NCBI GenBank assembly: GCA_039587315.1
Contig: JBDHIS010000014.1
Location: 678-64,677, forward strand
Length of the DNA stretch: 64,000 nt
Source: Gemmatimonadota bacterium
GTDB lineage: Bacteria > Gemmatimonadota > Gemmatimonadetes > Gemmatimonadales > GWC2-71-9
Direction: 5' to 3'
Every line of letters starts with the position of its first letter. Position 1 is the stretch's first letter. Under the pieces are notes generated by a model, which saw nothing but the letters and a program-made list of their open reading frames with translations, did no database searches and was not told the origin of the DNA. Below, one piece after another: positions 37,865 to 47,559 of this stretch. Made by a program: the position numbers and the translations under genes.

Positions 37865-40156
37865 TCAGGTGCGCGGCTTCCCGCCCGGCGGCAGGTTCTC
37901 CTTGAGATACCGCGTCATCAACCCGTACAGGTGGCGCGTGGTTCCGCGGCCCTCCCAGATGCCGTGGGATCGGTTGGGATACGCCATCATCGTGAAGTGT
38001 TTGTTGGCCTCGATCAGCCTGTTAATCAGCGCCTCGGCACCCTGGTAGTGCACGTTGTCGTCGCCCGTACCGTGGACTATCAGGAGGTTCCCCTCGAGCC
38101 CGTCCGCGTATGTGATCGGAGAGGCCCGCTCGTAGTCCGCCGCGTTGTCCGACGGCAGGCCCATGTAGCGCTCCTGATAGATCGTGTCGTAGTAGCGCTG
38201 GTCGGGCACGGAGGCCACCGCGATGCCGGTACTGTAGATGTCAGGGTAGCGGAACAACGCCTGCAGCGTGCTGGACCCTCCGCCGCTCCAACCCCAGATA
38301 CCGATCCGGTCCGAGTCTACGAATGGGAAGCTGTCGGCGACAGCCTTCACGGCATTCGCCTGGTCCTGCGACGAGATCACGCCGATCTGGCGGTAGACGA
38401 TCTTGCGCCAGTCGCGCCCGCGCGGCACCGGCGTTCCCCGGTTGTCGATGCTCACCACGAGGTAGCCGAGCTGGGTCAGGTACTGGTGCCACAGCATGCC
38501 CGTGCCGCCGAACCGGTCGGCTACCGTCGTGCCCCACGGCTCGCCGTACACGTAGAACAGCACGGGGTACTTCTTCGACGGATCGAAGTCGTTGGGCTTC
38601 ATCATCCAGCCGTCGAGGATCACCCCTTCGCCTACGTCCACACGGAAGAACTCCGTCGGAACCTGCTTGACCGCCTCGATCTTCGCCTTGAGCTCCGCAT
38701 TGTCTACGAACGTTTTCTGCACATCGTGATCCGGGAGCGCAACCAGCGAGATGACCGCAGGCGTCTCGGTCGTCGAGAACGTATGGAAGGCCCACTGCCC
38801 GTTCGGCGCGATCTGGTAGCTGTGCCAGCCGGCCATGTCGGCGGGCGACACCCGCTCCGCCCGCATCGAGCCGTCCAGCGGCACCCTGTACAGGTAGCGG
38901 CGCGTCGGCTCCTCCGGCGACGCGATGTAGTAGAGCCAGCCTCCGTCGTCATCCAGCAGCCGAACCGACATCACGTCCTCCCCCGCGGGGGAGATTGGCC
39001 TGATCTCACCGCCGTCACGGCTCACGACATACATGCGGCGCCAGCCGTCGCGCTCGCTCATCCAGGTGAAGCTCTCACCGCCGTCGAGCCAGTAGATATC
39101 GTCGATCGCGTCGGTCCATGCTTCGTCGGTTTCGGTGAGGATCGTCCTCACCGAGCCGTCGCGTGCCGACCCCAGCATCACCCTGTTCGTGTTCTGCAGC
39201 CGGTTGAGGTGTTGGATCATCACTTCGTCGGAGTTGTCGGCCCACATCATGCGCGCGATGTAGGTGTCGCGCGGGTCGGCGTCGATCTGGAGCCAGGTCG
39301 TCTCGCCACCGCCGGCGGACACTACTCCCACACGCCCGGCCGAGTTAGTCGTTCCCGCCTTGGGGTACTGCACCGGAATCGTGTAGGAGTACAGCGAGTC
39401 GGTGTTGTTGATCATCAGAAAGACACCGATCCCCTCGGCATCCAACTGCCAGTAGGCGATCCTGGTTCCGTCAGGGCTCCAACGCCAACCGTCCGCGCCG
39501 AAGCGCGAGCCCATGAAGAACTCCTCCTCGTACACCCAGTCGAAGCGGCCGTTGAGGATCGTCTCCGACCCGTCGTAGGTGAGCTGCGTGACCGCCCCGC
39601 TCTCGATGTCCTCCACGAACAGGTTGTTCTCACTCACGTATCCGACCCTGGTTCCGTCAGGCGAGAACTTGGCGTACATGAGAGACGACTCGGGCCGGTC
39701 CACGCCTACCTGGGCGAGGTCGCCGCTCTCCAGGTCGAGCACCCAGTAGTCACCCATGGTGTTGAAGCGCCACACCCTCGTCGTGTTCGTGAAGATCAGC
39801 AACCTGGTGCCGTCGTCGGACCAGCCGTAGTTGGATAGTGACAGCGCGCGCTCGGCCCCCTCGGGAGTGAGCATGGCGGCGGAGACCATTACGTCACGTT
39901 CGCCGGTCGCCGGGTCGTAGCGCACTATCTCCCGCGCCCCGTTCGCCTCCGCGGACCGCTCCAGCGTGGTGTAGGTGCCGTCCTCTAGCCAGCGAGCCGG
40001 CCCGAACCGCTCACCGCGGAACTCGTACCGCCCGAAGATCCTGTCCAGGTCGAGTGTTTCCGCCTGCTGTGCCGGTAGAGCAGGGACCAGCACCAGCGCC
40101 GCGGCCAGCCACAGAATGGGGCGCGCGACAGCGAATCCCCTACGTTGGTGTCTCAT
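37865..40156 (-). CDS. S9B dipeptidyl-peptidase IV family, secreted (copy 1)
   Basis: DWVYEEE, YPKAG, GWSGGG, DDNVH, RSHG catalytic triad; signal peptide. Confidence 0.93.
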   Translation of the reverse strand: MRHQRRGFAVARPILWLAAALVLVPALPAQQAETLDLDRIFGRYEFRGERFGPARWLEDGTYTTLERSAEANGAREIVRYDPATGERDVMVSAAMLTPEGAERALSLSNYGWSDDGTRLLIFTNTTRVWRFNTMGDYWVLDLESGDLAQVGVDRPESSLMYAKFSPDGTRVGYVSENNLFVEDIESGAVTQLTYDGSETILNGRFDWVYEEEFFMGSRFGADGWRWSPDGTRIAYWQLDAEGIGVFLMINNTDSLYSYTIPVQYPKAGTTNSAGRVGVVSAGGGETTWLQIDADPRDTYIARMMWADNSDEVMIQHLNRLQNTNRVMLGSARDGSVRTILTETDEAWTDAIDDIYWLDGGESFTWMSERDGWRRMYVVSRDGGEIRPISPAGEDVMSVRLLDDDGGWLYYIASPEEPTRRYLYRVPLDGSMRAERVSPADMAGWHSYQIAPNGQWAFHTFSTTETPAVISLVALPDHDVQKTFVDNAELKAKIEAVKQVPTEFFRVDVGEGVILDGWMMKPNDFDPSKKYPVLFYVYGEPWGTTVADRFGGTGMLWHQYLTQLGYLVVSIDNRGTPVPRGRDWRKIVYRQIGVISSQDQANAVKAVADSFPFVDSDRIGIWGWSGGGSSTLQALFRYPDIYSTGIAVASVPDQRYYDTIYQERYMGLPSDNAADYERASPITYADGLEGNLLIVHGTGDDNVHYQGAEALINRLIEANKHFTMMAYPNRSHGIWEGRGTTRHLYGLMTRYLKENLPPGGKPRT

Positions 40157-40262
40157 CTCGAAATCCCTTCCTCACGTTTTCAACCAAGGCGACCGGCAGC
40201 CCGCTCGGACCACGGCCGCGCCCTCCGGATGAATCTACCCAGCGGACAACAGGGCGCGAGAA

Positions 40263-40294
40263 GGCCCCGCAGCCGCCGGGGCAGCTGCGGGGCC
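40263..40294 (-). terminator. hairpin between the two DPP-IV genes
   Basis: 11-bp stem GGCCCCGCAGC / GCTGCGGGGCC. Confidence 0.5.
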
Positions 40295-40316
40295 GAGTGC
40301 CTCTAACACCCTGTCG

Positions 40317-42611
40317 TCAGGTCCTGGGCTTCCCACCCGGCGGCAGGTTCTCCTTCAGGTAGCGAGTCAACAGCCCAAACAGATGACGCGTCGTGCCGCG
40401 CCCCTCGTAGATGCCGTGGCTCCGGTTGGGATACGCCATCATCGTGAAGTGCTTGTTGTGCTCGATCAGTGCGTTGATGAGCAGCTCAGCACCCTGGTAG
40501 TGCACGTTATCGTCACCCGTGCCGTGAACGATCAGGAGGTTCCCTTCCAGTCCGTCCGCGAAGTTGACTGGCGAGGCGAGCTCGTAACCTTCCGCGTTCT
40601 CGTCCGGCAGCCCCATGTACCGTTCCATGTAGATCGTGTCGTAGTACCGAAGATCGGGCAGAGACGCGACCGCCAGTCCGGTGTGGTACACGTCGGGATA
40701 GCGGAACAGCGCGTTCAGCGTGTTCACGCCTCCACCACTCCAACCCCAAATGCCAATCCGATCCGGGTCAACGAACGGGAAGCTGTCGGCCACGGCCTTC
40801 ACTGCGTTCGCCTGATCCTGGGACGGAATCACCCCTGCCTGGCCGTAGACCACCTTGCGCCACTCGCGGCCGCGCGGCACCGGCGTCCCCCGGTTCTCGA
40901 TGCTCATGACCAGGTAGCCGATCTGCGTGAGGTACTGGTGCCACATCATCTGCATGCCGCCCCAGCGATCCGCTACCGTGGCTCCCGCCGGCTCGCCATA
41001 CACGAAGAACAGCACGGGGTACTTCTTCGACGGGTCGAAGTCGTTGGGCTTCATCATCCAGCCGTCGAGGATCAGGCCGTCGCCGACGTCGACCCGGAAG
41101 AACTCGGAGGGCACGCGCCTCACTGCCTCGACCCTCGCCTTGAGCTCCGCGTTCTCGACCAACGTCTTCCGCACGCTGTGGTCGGGCAGCGTGACGAGCG
41201 AGATGACCGCGGGCGTGTTGTACGTGGAGTACGTGTGGAACGCCCACTGCGCGTTCGGCGAGATCTGGTAGCCGTGCCAACCGGGCATGTCCGCCGGCGA
41301 CACCCGCTCCGCCTGCATCGAGCCGTCCAGCGGCACGCGGTACAGATACAGCCGCACCGGATCGTCGGGCGAAGCGGTGTAGTACAGCCAGCCACCTTCG
41401 TCGTCGAGCAGCTGTACCGACACGACGTCGAGATTCGGCGGCGAAATCGGCGTCATCTCACCGCCGTCGCGGCTCACCAGATACATGCGCCTCCAGCCGT
41501 CCTGCTCGCTCACCCAGGTGAAGCTCTCACCGCCGTCGAGCCAGTAGACATCGTCTATCGCGTCGGTCCACGCCTCGTCGGTTTCGGTGACCACCGTGCG
41601 AACCGAACCGTCTCGGGCCGAGCCCAGCATCACGCGATTCGTGTTCTGCAGCCGGTTCAGGTGCTGGATCATCACCTCGTCGGAGTTATCCGCCCACTCC
41701 ATCCGCGCGATGTAGGTATCCCGTGGATCTGCATCGATCCGGAGCCAGGTCGTCTCGCCGCCGCCGGCCGAAACGATGCCCATGCGCGCGGCGGAGTTGG
41801 TGGTGCCGGCCTTCGGGTACTGCACGGGGATCGTGTAGGAGTACAGGGAGTCCGTGTTGTTGATCATCAGGAAGACGCCGATCCCCTCTGCGTCCAGCTG
41901 CCAGTAGGCGATCTTCGTTCCGTCCGGGCTCCAGCGCCAACCGTCGGCACCAGGGCGCGAGCCGAGGAAGAACTCCTCCTCGTACACCCAGTCGAAGCGG
42001 CCGTTGAGGATCGTCACCGAGCCATCGTAAGTCAGCTGTGTGACTGCCCCGCTCTCGATGTCCTCAACGAAGAGATTGTTCTCACTCACGTAACCGACCC
42101 GAGTGCCGTCGGGCGAGAACTTGGCGTACATGAGGGACGACTCTGGTCTGTCCCCGCCTACCTGGGCCAGCTCGCCGCTCTCCAGGTTCAGCACCCAGTA
42201 GTCGCCCATGGTGTTGAAGCGCCACACCCTCGTCGTATTCGTGAAGATCAGCAGCTTGGTGCCGTCCTCCGACCACCGATAGTCAGACATTCCCAGGGCC
42301 TGCTCGGCGCCATCCGGGATCATCATCGACGCCGGGACCATGACCTCGCGCTCGTCCGTAGCGGGATCGTAGCGCACGATCTCGCGCGCCCCCTGCACCT
42401 CCTCGGACCGCTCCAGCGTGGTGTAGGTGCCGTCCTCGAGCCAACGCGCCGGCCCGAACCGCTCACCGAAGAACTCGAACCGGCTGAATATCCGGTCCAG
42501 ATCCAGTGAATCGGCCTGTTGCGCCGGGAGCGCCGGCGCCAGCATCAGGAGCGCGACGGCCAGCACCGCCGCTCCCCGCATGAACCCAATCGATTTCACA
42601 CTGTGTCGCAT
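40317..42611 (-). CDS. S9B dipeptidyl-peptidase IV family, secreted (copy 2)
   Basis: Same motifs, colinear with copy 1; ATG at 42611 (MRHSVK). Confidence 0.93.
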   Translation of the reverse strand: MRHSVKSIGFMRGAAVLAVALLMLAPALPAQQADSLDLDRIFSRFEFFGERFGPARWLEDGTYTTLERSEEVQGAREIVRYDPATDEREVMVPASMMIPDGAEQALGMSDYRWSEDGTKLLIFTNTTRVWRFNTMGDYWVLNLESGELAQVGGDRPESSLMYAKFSPDGTRVGYVSENNLFVEDIESGAVTQLTYDGSVTILNGRFDWVYEEEFFLGSRPGADGWRWSPDGTKIAYWQLDAEGIGVFLMINNTDSLYSYTIPVQYPKAGTTNSAARMGIVSAGGGETTWLRIDADPRDTYIARMEWADNSDEVMIQHLNRLQNTNRVMLGSARDGSVRTVVTETDEAWTDAIDDVYWLDGGESFTWVSEQDGWRRMYLVSRDGGEMTPISPPNLDVVSVQLLDDEGGWLYYTASPDDPVRLYLYRVPLDGSMQAERVSPADMPGWHGYQISPNAQWAFHTYSTYNTPAVISLVTLPDHSVRKTLVENAELKARVEAVRRVPSEFFRVDVGDGLILDGWMMKPNDFDPSKKYPVLFFVYGEPAGATVADRWGGMQMMWHQYLTQIGYLVMSIENRGTPVPRGREWRKVVYGQAGVIPSQDQANAVKAVADSFPFVDPDRIGIWGWSGGGVNTLNALFRYPDVYHTGLAVASLPDLRYYDTIYMERYMGLPDENAEGYELASPVNFADGLEGNLLIVHGTGDDNVHYQGAELLINALIEHNKHFTMMAYPNRSHGIYEGRGTTRHLFGLLTRYLKENLPPGGKPRT

Positions 42612-42759
42612 CTCAAGACCCCTTCCCTCACGATGAACCGATTTGCGTGCCCCTCCCGAAGAGGAAAAGCTAACCACGCGTTGCCACACTCTCTACAGCG
42701 CAGCTCTCCCCCCGGTTGCGCCAAATCCGGCCCCCCGGCATGGCCGCCGGACCCCTCCC

Positions 42760-42805
42760 TTGACATCAACTTACCCACCGTTCAAATTTTGAACATCTGT
42801 TCAAA
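42760..42805 (+). promoter_or_regulatory. sigma70 promoter with overlapping palindromic operator, probably the TetR site
   Basis: TTGACA (42760-42765)-N17-CAAATT; perfect inverted repeat TTTGAACA-TC-TGTTCAAA (42788-42805) and overlapping GTTCAA-ATT-TTGAAC (42780-42794). Confidence 0.75.
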
Positions 42806-42825
42806 CTTGCTTGCCGGAGCCAGAC

Positions 42826-43440
42826 ATGCCCGACGGCGGCGCCACACCGAAGACCTCCCCCCACGTCCGCGAGAAGCGGCAACGCAGGCGTCAGGAGATC
42901 CTCCACGCGGCGCTACGGGCGTTCAAGGAGCGGGGATACCACGCCACGACACTCGACGACATCGCCGAGCGCATAGGCGTCCGCAAGACTGCCCTGTACC
43001 ACTACTTCCCGGACAAGGAAGCGATCCTCTACGAGTGCCACCGCGAGTCGCTGAACGAGATCGAGCGGCTCATGAAGGAGGCGCGGGAGCTGGAGACGGC
43101 CTCCGAGCAGCTCGCCCACGTGGTCCGCGAGCACGTGAGGGTGATGACCGATACTCTCGAGGGCTCCCCCCTGGCATTCGAGGTCACCGCATTCTCCCCG
43201 GAGCGGCAGAAAGAGATGATCGCCGCCCGCGACCGCTACGAGCGCGAGCTGAGGCGCATCATCGACCGCGGAATCAAGGAAGGGGAATTCCGCCGGGTTG
43301 ACTCGAAGATCGCTGTGTTCGCCGTGCTCGGAGCGATCAACTGGATCGCCAGATGGTACAGCCCGGAAGGCTCCGTCCACGCGCCGGAGCTGGGAGCGCA
43401 GTTCGCCGATCACCTCGTCGGAGGACTCACGTGCGGATGA
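42826..43440 (+). CDS. TetR/AcrR family regulator (KstR2/PaaR-like C-terminus)
   Basis: ILHAA..F.ERGYHATTLDDIA..GV.KTALYHYFPDKEAIL; GAINWIARWY. Confidence 0.93.
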   Translation: MPDGGATPKTSPHVREKRQRRRQEILHAALRAFKERGYHATTLDDIAERIGVRKTALYHYFPDKEAILYECHRESLNEIERLMKEARELETASEQLAHVVREHVRVMTDTLEGSPLAFEVTAFSPERQKEMIAARDRYERELRRIIDRGIKEGEFRRVDSKIAVFAVLGAINWIARWYSPEGSVHAPELGAQFADHLVGGLTCG

Positions 43441-43468
43441 AGAGGCTACGAAGCGGAGGGAAGGGACG

Positions 43469-44521
43469 ATGAAGGCCATCCGGTTCACTGCGGTCAAGGA
43501 GCCGCTCGAGGTTCAGGAAGTCGACATGCCCCGACCGGGCGACGACCAAGTAATAGTCCAGGTCGCCGGCTGCGGCGTGTGCCACACCGACATCGGCTTC
43601 TGGATCGACGGCGTTCCGACGAAGCAGCCCCTGCCGCTGACTCTCGGGCACGAGATCAGCGGAACGGTGGTGGAAGCGGGATCCGGCTACAAGAGCCTGG
43701 TGGGCCGGGAGGTGATCGTACCCGCCGTGATCCCGTGCGGCTCATGTGACCTGTGCTCGCAGGGGCGCGGCAACGTGTGCCGCCGGCAGATGATGCCCGG
43801 CAACGATATCGATGGAGGCTTCGCCGAATACGTGGCGGTGCCCGGAGCCGGGCTGTGCGAGGTGACCGACCGAACGGGATACGAGCTCTCCGATCTGTCG
43901 GTCGTCGCGGACGCGGTGACCACCCCGTATCAGGCCATCGTCCGCAGCGGTCTCGAGGCCGGTGACTTCGCAATCGTGATCGGGGTCGGGGGCGTAGGGA
44001 CCTACGGCGTGCAGATAGCTGCCGCCCTCGGAGCCAAGGTGGTGGCCATAGACGTGGACCAGAGCAAGCTGGATGGCGTCGCCGAGCACGGGGCGGCACT
44101 CACGGTGAACTCGGCCGAGACCGACTTCAAGAGCCTGAAGAAGCAGGTGAAGGGCGCCGCCAAGGACTGGGGCTGCACGAGCCACTCCTGGAAGATCTAC
44201 GAGTGCTCCGGACATCCCGGGGGACAGGAGACTGCGTACGGGCTACTCACGCACGCCTCCACCCTGATGGTGGTGGGGTTCACCCTCGGAAAGATCGAAG
44301 TGCGCCTCAGCAACCTCATGGCCTTCGACGCGACCGTCCAGGGCACGTGGGGGTGCAAGCCGGAGCTCTACCCCGCCGCCCTCGGGATGCTCACGGACCA
44401 GAAGATCACATTGAAACCGTTCATCGAGGCGCATCCCATGAGCCGGGCACCCGAAGTTCTGCAGCGGGTGGCCGACCACGAGATCCACAAGCGCGCGATA
44501 CTAGTGCCGGACTGGGAGTGA
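43469..44521 (+). CDS. had: 6-hydroxycyclohex-1-ene-1-carbonyl-CoA dehydrogenase (Zn-ADH family)
   Basis: GCGVCHTD, GHEISG, PAVIPCGSCDLC, ADAVTTPYQA, RLSNLMAFDA..GTWGC; adjacent to oah. Confidence 0.88.
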   Translation: MKAIRFTAVKEPLEVQEVDMPRPGDDQVIVQVAGCGVCHTDIGFWIDGVPTKQPLPLTLGHEISGTVVEAGSGYKSLVGREVIVPAVIPCGSCDLCSQGRGNVCRRQMMPGNDIDGGFAEYVAVPGAGLCEVTDRTGYELSDLSVVADAVTTPYQAIVRSGLEAGDFAIVIGVGGVGTYGVQIAAALGAKVVAIDVDQSKLDGVAEHGAALTVNSAETDFKSLKKQVKGAAKDWGCTSHSWKIYECSGHPGGQETAYGLLTHASTLMVVGFTLGKIEVRLSNLMAFDATVQGTWGCKPELYPAALGMLTDQKITLKPFIEAHPMSRAPEVLQRVADHEIHKRAILVPDWE

Positions 44522-44543
44522 GGCACGGAGGGAGGATGGAGTC

Positions 44544-45635
44544 ATGCTGAAGAGTCACACCCTCGTAGACGGTGGCGGATACGACGAGATCATCTACGAG
44601 CTCAAGCCGGTGCTGGATCCGTCAGGCAACGAGGCGAAGGGCCTGTTCAACGCCTGGATCACGCTCAATAACCCAAAGCAGTACAACAGCTACACGACGG
44701 AAGCTGTGAAGGAAGTGATTCTCGCGTTCCGTCAGGCCAGCATGGACCGCAGCGTCGTCGCAGTGGTGTTCACGGCGGTCGGGGACAAGGCGTTCTGCAC
44801 CGGCGGGAATACGAAGGAGTACGCCGAGTACTACTCCGGCAACCCGCAGGAGTACAAGCAGTACATGCGGCTGTTCAACGACATGATCGACGCCATCCTC
44901 CGCTGTGACAAGCCGGTCATCAACCGCGTCAACGGAATGCGCCTGGCCGGCGGCCAGGAAATCGGAATGGCGTGTGACTTCACGATCGCGGTGGATACCG
45001 CGCAGTTCGGTCAGGCCGGACCGAAGCACGGCTCCGCCCCCGACGGCGGCTCCACCGACTTCCTGCCGCTGTACGTCGGCTTCTCGCGGGCCATGGAGAG
45101 CGGCGTGCTGTGCGAGATGTGGAGCGCACACAAGGCGCTGTTCATAGGCCTCATCAACCAGATCGTGCCGGCGCTGAAGGTGGACGGGAATTGGATCCCC
45201 AATCCGATGGCGATCACGGATCGCTTCCTGGACGACTTCGGGAACGTCGTGTACGGCGACTTCAAGACCGGCGACGAGCGCAAGGCAGCGAAGGAGACCC
45301 TGGCCAAGGCCGAGACCGACCTGACCAAGCTCGACGAGGCCGTGGACGGGTTGTGCACCAAGATCCTGATGCTGATGCCCGACTGCGTGTCGAAGACCGT
45401 CAACGGACTGCGCAAACACAAGCAGTGGCACTGGGACAACACGAGCGTCACCAACCGCGAATGGCTGGCCCTCAACATGATGACAGAGGCCAAGGCCGGG
45501 TTCCGCGCCTTCAACGAGGGACCGAAGGGAAAGCGGGAGGTGGACTTCATCAAGCTGCGTCAGATGCTCGCCGACGGGCATCCGTGGGATGACGAGCTCC
45601 TCAGGGCCATCTCGCCCCAGTACCAGGAAGGCTGA
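44544..45635 (+). CDS. oah: 6-oxocyclohex-1-ene-1-carbonyl-CoA hydrolase (ring-opening, BamA/BzdY)
   Basis: NPKQYNSYTT, FCTGGNTKEYAEYY, GQAGPKHGSAPDGGSTDFL, WLALNMMTEA. Confidence 0.95.
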   Translation: MLKSHTLVDGGGYDEIIYELKPVLDPSGNEAKGLFNAWITLNNPKQYNSYTTEAVKEVILAFRQASMDRSVVAVVFTAVGDKAFCTGGNTKEYAEYYSGNPQEYKQYMRLFNDMIDAILRCDKPVINRVNGMRLAGGQEIGMACDFTIAVDTAQFGQAGPKHGSAPDGGSTDFLPLYVGFSRAMESGVLCEMWSAHKALFIGLINQIVPALKVDGNWIPNPMAITDRFLDDFGNVVYGDFKTGDERKAAKETLAKAETDLTKLDEAVDGLCTKILMLMPDCVSKTVNGLRKHKQWHWDNTSVTNREWLALNMMTEAKAGFRAFNEGPKGKREVDFIKLRQMLADGHPWDDELLRAISPQYQEG

Positions 45636-45644
45636 GGAACCGAC

Positions 45645-46394
45645 ATGGATCTGGGCCTCACGGGAAAGAGCGCACTCGTAACCGGCGGACGCACCGGAAT
45701 CGGCGCCGCCATCGCTGTGGCACTGGCGGGCGAGGGATGCGACGTCGCGATCGTGGATCGAGTCCACGACGAGACCGCCGACACGGTGGTCGGGAAGATC
45801 GCCGACCTGGGCCGCCGCGGGCTCGTGATACAGGCAGACGTCGCCGACCACGCGGCAGCACACGAGGCCATCGCGACCGTCGTGACGGATTTCGGGCGGC
45901 TCGACATCGTCGTGTGCAACGCCGGGATCAACTGGGACGGCGTGATCTGGAAGATGACCGAGGAGCAATGGGACTCCGTCATCACGGTCAACCTCAAGGG
46001 CTACTTCAACTACAACCAGGCTGCCGCGAACGTCTTCAAGGACCAACGGAGCGGCAAGATCGTGAACATCTCATCCATCAACGGTCTGCGCGGCAAGCAC
46101 GCGCAGACGAATTACGCTGCGTCCAAGGGCGGCGAGATCGCGCTCACGAAGTCGTTGGCACGAGAGCTGGGGAAGTTCAACGTCAACGTGAACGCCGTCG
46201 CCCCCGGAATGGTCCTGACCGAGATGGCACAGGACCTGGCACCCGAGTTCATCCACAAGGCGGCCGACGAGACCGTGTTGGGTCGCATCGCCGAGTCGCA
46301 GGACATAGCCGACGCGGTGGTATTCCTCTGCTCGGACCGAGCACGGCACATAACCGGCGAAGTCATCAAGGTCGATGGCGGCCAGTACATGTAG
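45645..46394 (+). CDS. SDR family 3-hydroxyacyl-CoA/3-oxoacyl dehydrogenase
   Basis: TGGRTGIG, NAG, S..YAASK, VDGG. Confidence 0.88.
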   Translation: MDLGLTGKSALVTGGRTGIGAAIAVALAGEGCDVAIVDRVHDETADTVVGKIADLGRRGLVIQADVADHAAAHEAIATVVTDFGRLDIVVCNAGINWDGVIWKMTEEQWDSVITVNLKGYFNYNQAAANVFKDQRSGKIVNISSINGLRGKHAQTNYAASKGGEIALTKSLARELGKFNVNVNAVAPGMVLTEMAQDLAPEFIHKAADETVLGRIAESQDIADAVVFLCSDRARHITGEVIKVDGGQYM

Positions 46395-46400
46395 CGGCGC

Positions 46401-47555
46401 ATGACACGAGTCGGGATCGTCGGGATCGGACACACGGCGTTCGGCCGCCGCAGCGACGCCACGGTGCAGGAGCTGGCGTTCGAGGCGTTCCGGGAGGCCG
46501 TGCTGGATGCGGGCATCGAGCGCGATGACATCGACGCGTCCGTCATCGGCGCCGTGCCCGAGTACCACAAGCAGCGCTCCCTGGCCGGCGTGGTGCAGGA
46601 GTACCTGGGCCTGGCTCCCAAACCGACGTGGCTGACGGAGGTCGCGTGTGCCTCCGGGAGCGCCGCGATGCGAACCGCCTGGCTCGCCATCAAGGCCGGC
46701 GTGCACGACGTGGTCGCTGTAATCGGTTGCCAGAAGATGACCGAGCTCTCCACGCCGGAGATTCTGGCGCTGATGGGCCGCGTGGGTGAGGTGCAGTGGG
46801 AGTCGGGCTTCGGGACGACGTTCCCGGCGTACTACGCGATGTTCGCCAAGCGACACATGCACGAGTTCGGCACCACGCACGAGCAGCTGCTCGAGGTGGC
46901 GGTGAAGAACCACCACTACGGGGCCCTCAACCCCAAGGCGCTGTTCCGCAAGGAGATCACGATGGAGAAGGCGGCGGCGTCGGAGGACGTGGCTACGCCG
47001 CTCCAGGTCTACGACTGCTGCGCCAACGCCGACGGCGCCGCGTGCGTGATTCTGGCGAGCGAGGAGCGCGCCCGCGAGATCTCCGACAAGCCGGTCTGGC
47101 TCGCCGGGATGGGCTGCGCCACGGCCAGCATGTCGGTGCTGCGGCGCCCCAACCTCGTCGGTTTGCCGAGCGCCGAGCAGGCGGCCCGAGAGGCCTATGC
47201 GATGGCCGGGATCGAGCCGCGAGATGTGAAGGTGGCGGACGTGCACGACTGTTTCACCGTTGCCGAGATAATGGCGTACGAGGATCTGGGGTTCTGCGCC
47301 AAGGGAGACGGCGGACCGTTCGTCGCGGACCGGCAAACGTACATCGGGGGCGACGTAGCCGTGAACGTGGACGGAGGCCTCAAGGCCAAGGGCCATCCGA
47401 TCGGCGCCACCGGGACGTCCATGACACACGAGATCGTGCTGCAGCTGCGCGGAGAAGCGGGTGAGCGGCAGGTCCCGGACGCAGACGTGGGGCTCACTCA
47501 CAACGTGGGGGGGATCGGGCAGTACTGCTTCGTCCAGGTCCTCACACGGGAGTAG
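46401..47555 (+). CDS. SCP2-type (HDCF) thiolase-family protein
   Basis: ACASG, HDCF, GHPIGATG, HNVGG; followed by a DUF35 partner. Confidence 0.9.
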   Translation: MTRVGIVGIGHTAFGRRSDATVQELAFEAFREAVLDAGIERDDIDASVIGAVPEYHKQRSLAGVVQEYLGLAPKPTWLTEVACASGSAAMRTAWLAIKAGVHDVVAVIGCQKMTELSTPEILALMGRVGEVQWESGFGTTFPAYYAMFAKRHMHEFGTTHEQLLEVAVKNHHYGALNPKALFRKEITMEKAAASEDVATPLQVYDCCANADGAACVILASEERAREISDKPVWLAGMGCATASMSVLRRPNLVGLPSAEQAAREAYAMAGIEPRDVKVADVHDCFTVAEIMAYEDLGFCAKGDGGPFVADRQTYIGGDVAVNVDGGLKAKGHPIGATGTSMTHEIVLQLRGEAGERQVPDADVGLTHNVGGIGQYCFVQVLTRE

Positions 47556-47559
47556 AGCG

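Noticed and set aside
37766-42509. Long plus-strand ORFs 37766..39838 (690 aa) and 40383..42509 (708 aa)
   Set aside because: Antisense shadows of the two DPP-IV genes, expected from high-GC codon bias; no motifs, and their mutual similarity just mirrors the duplication.
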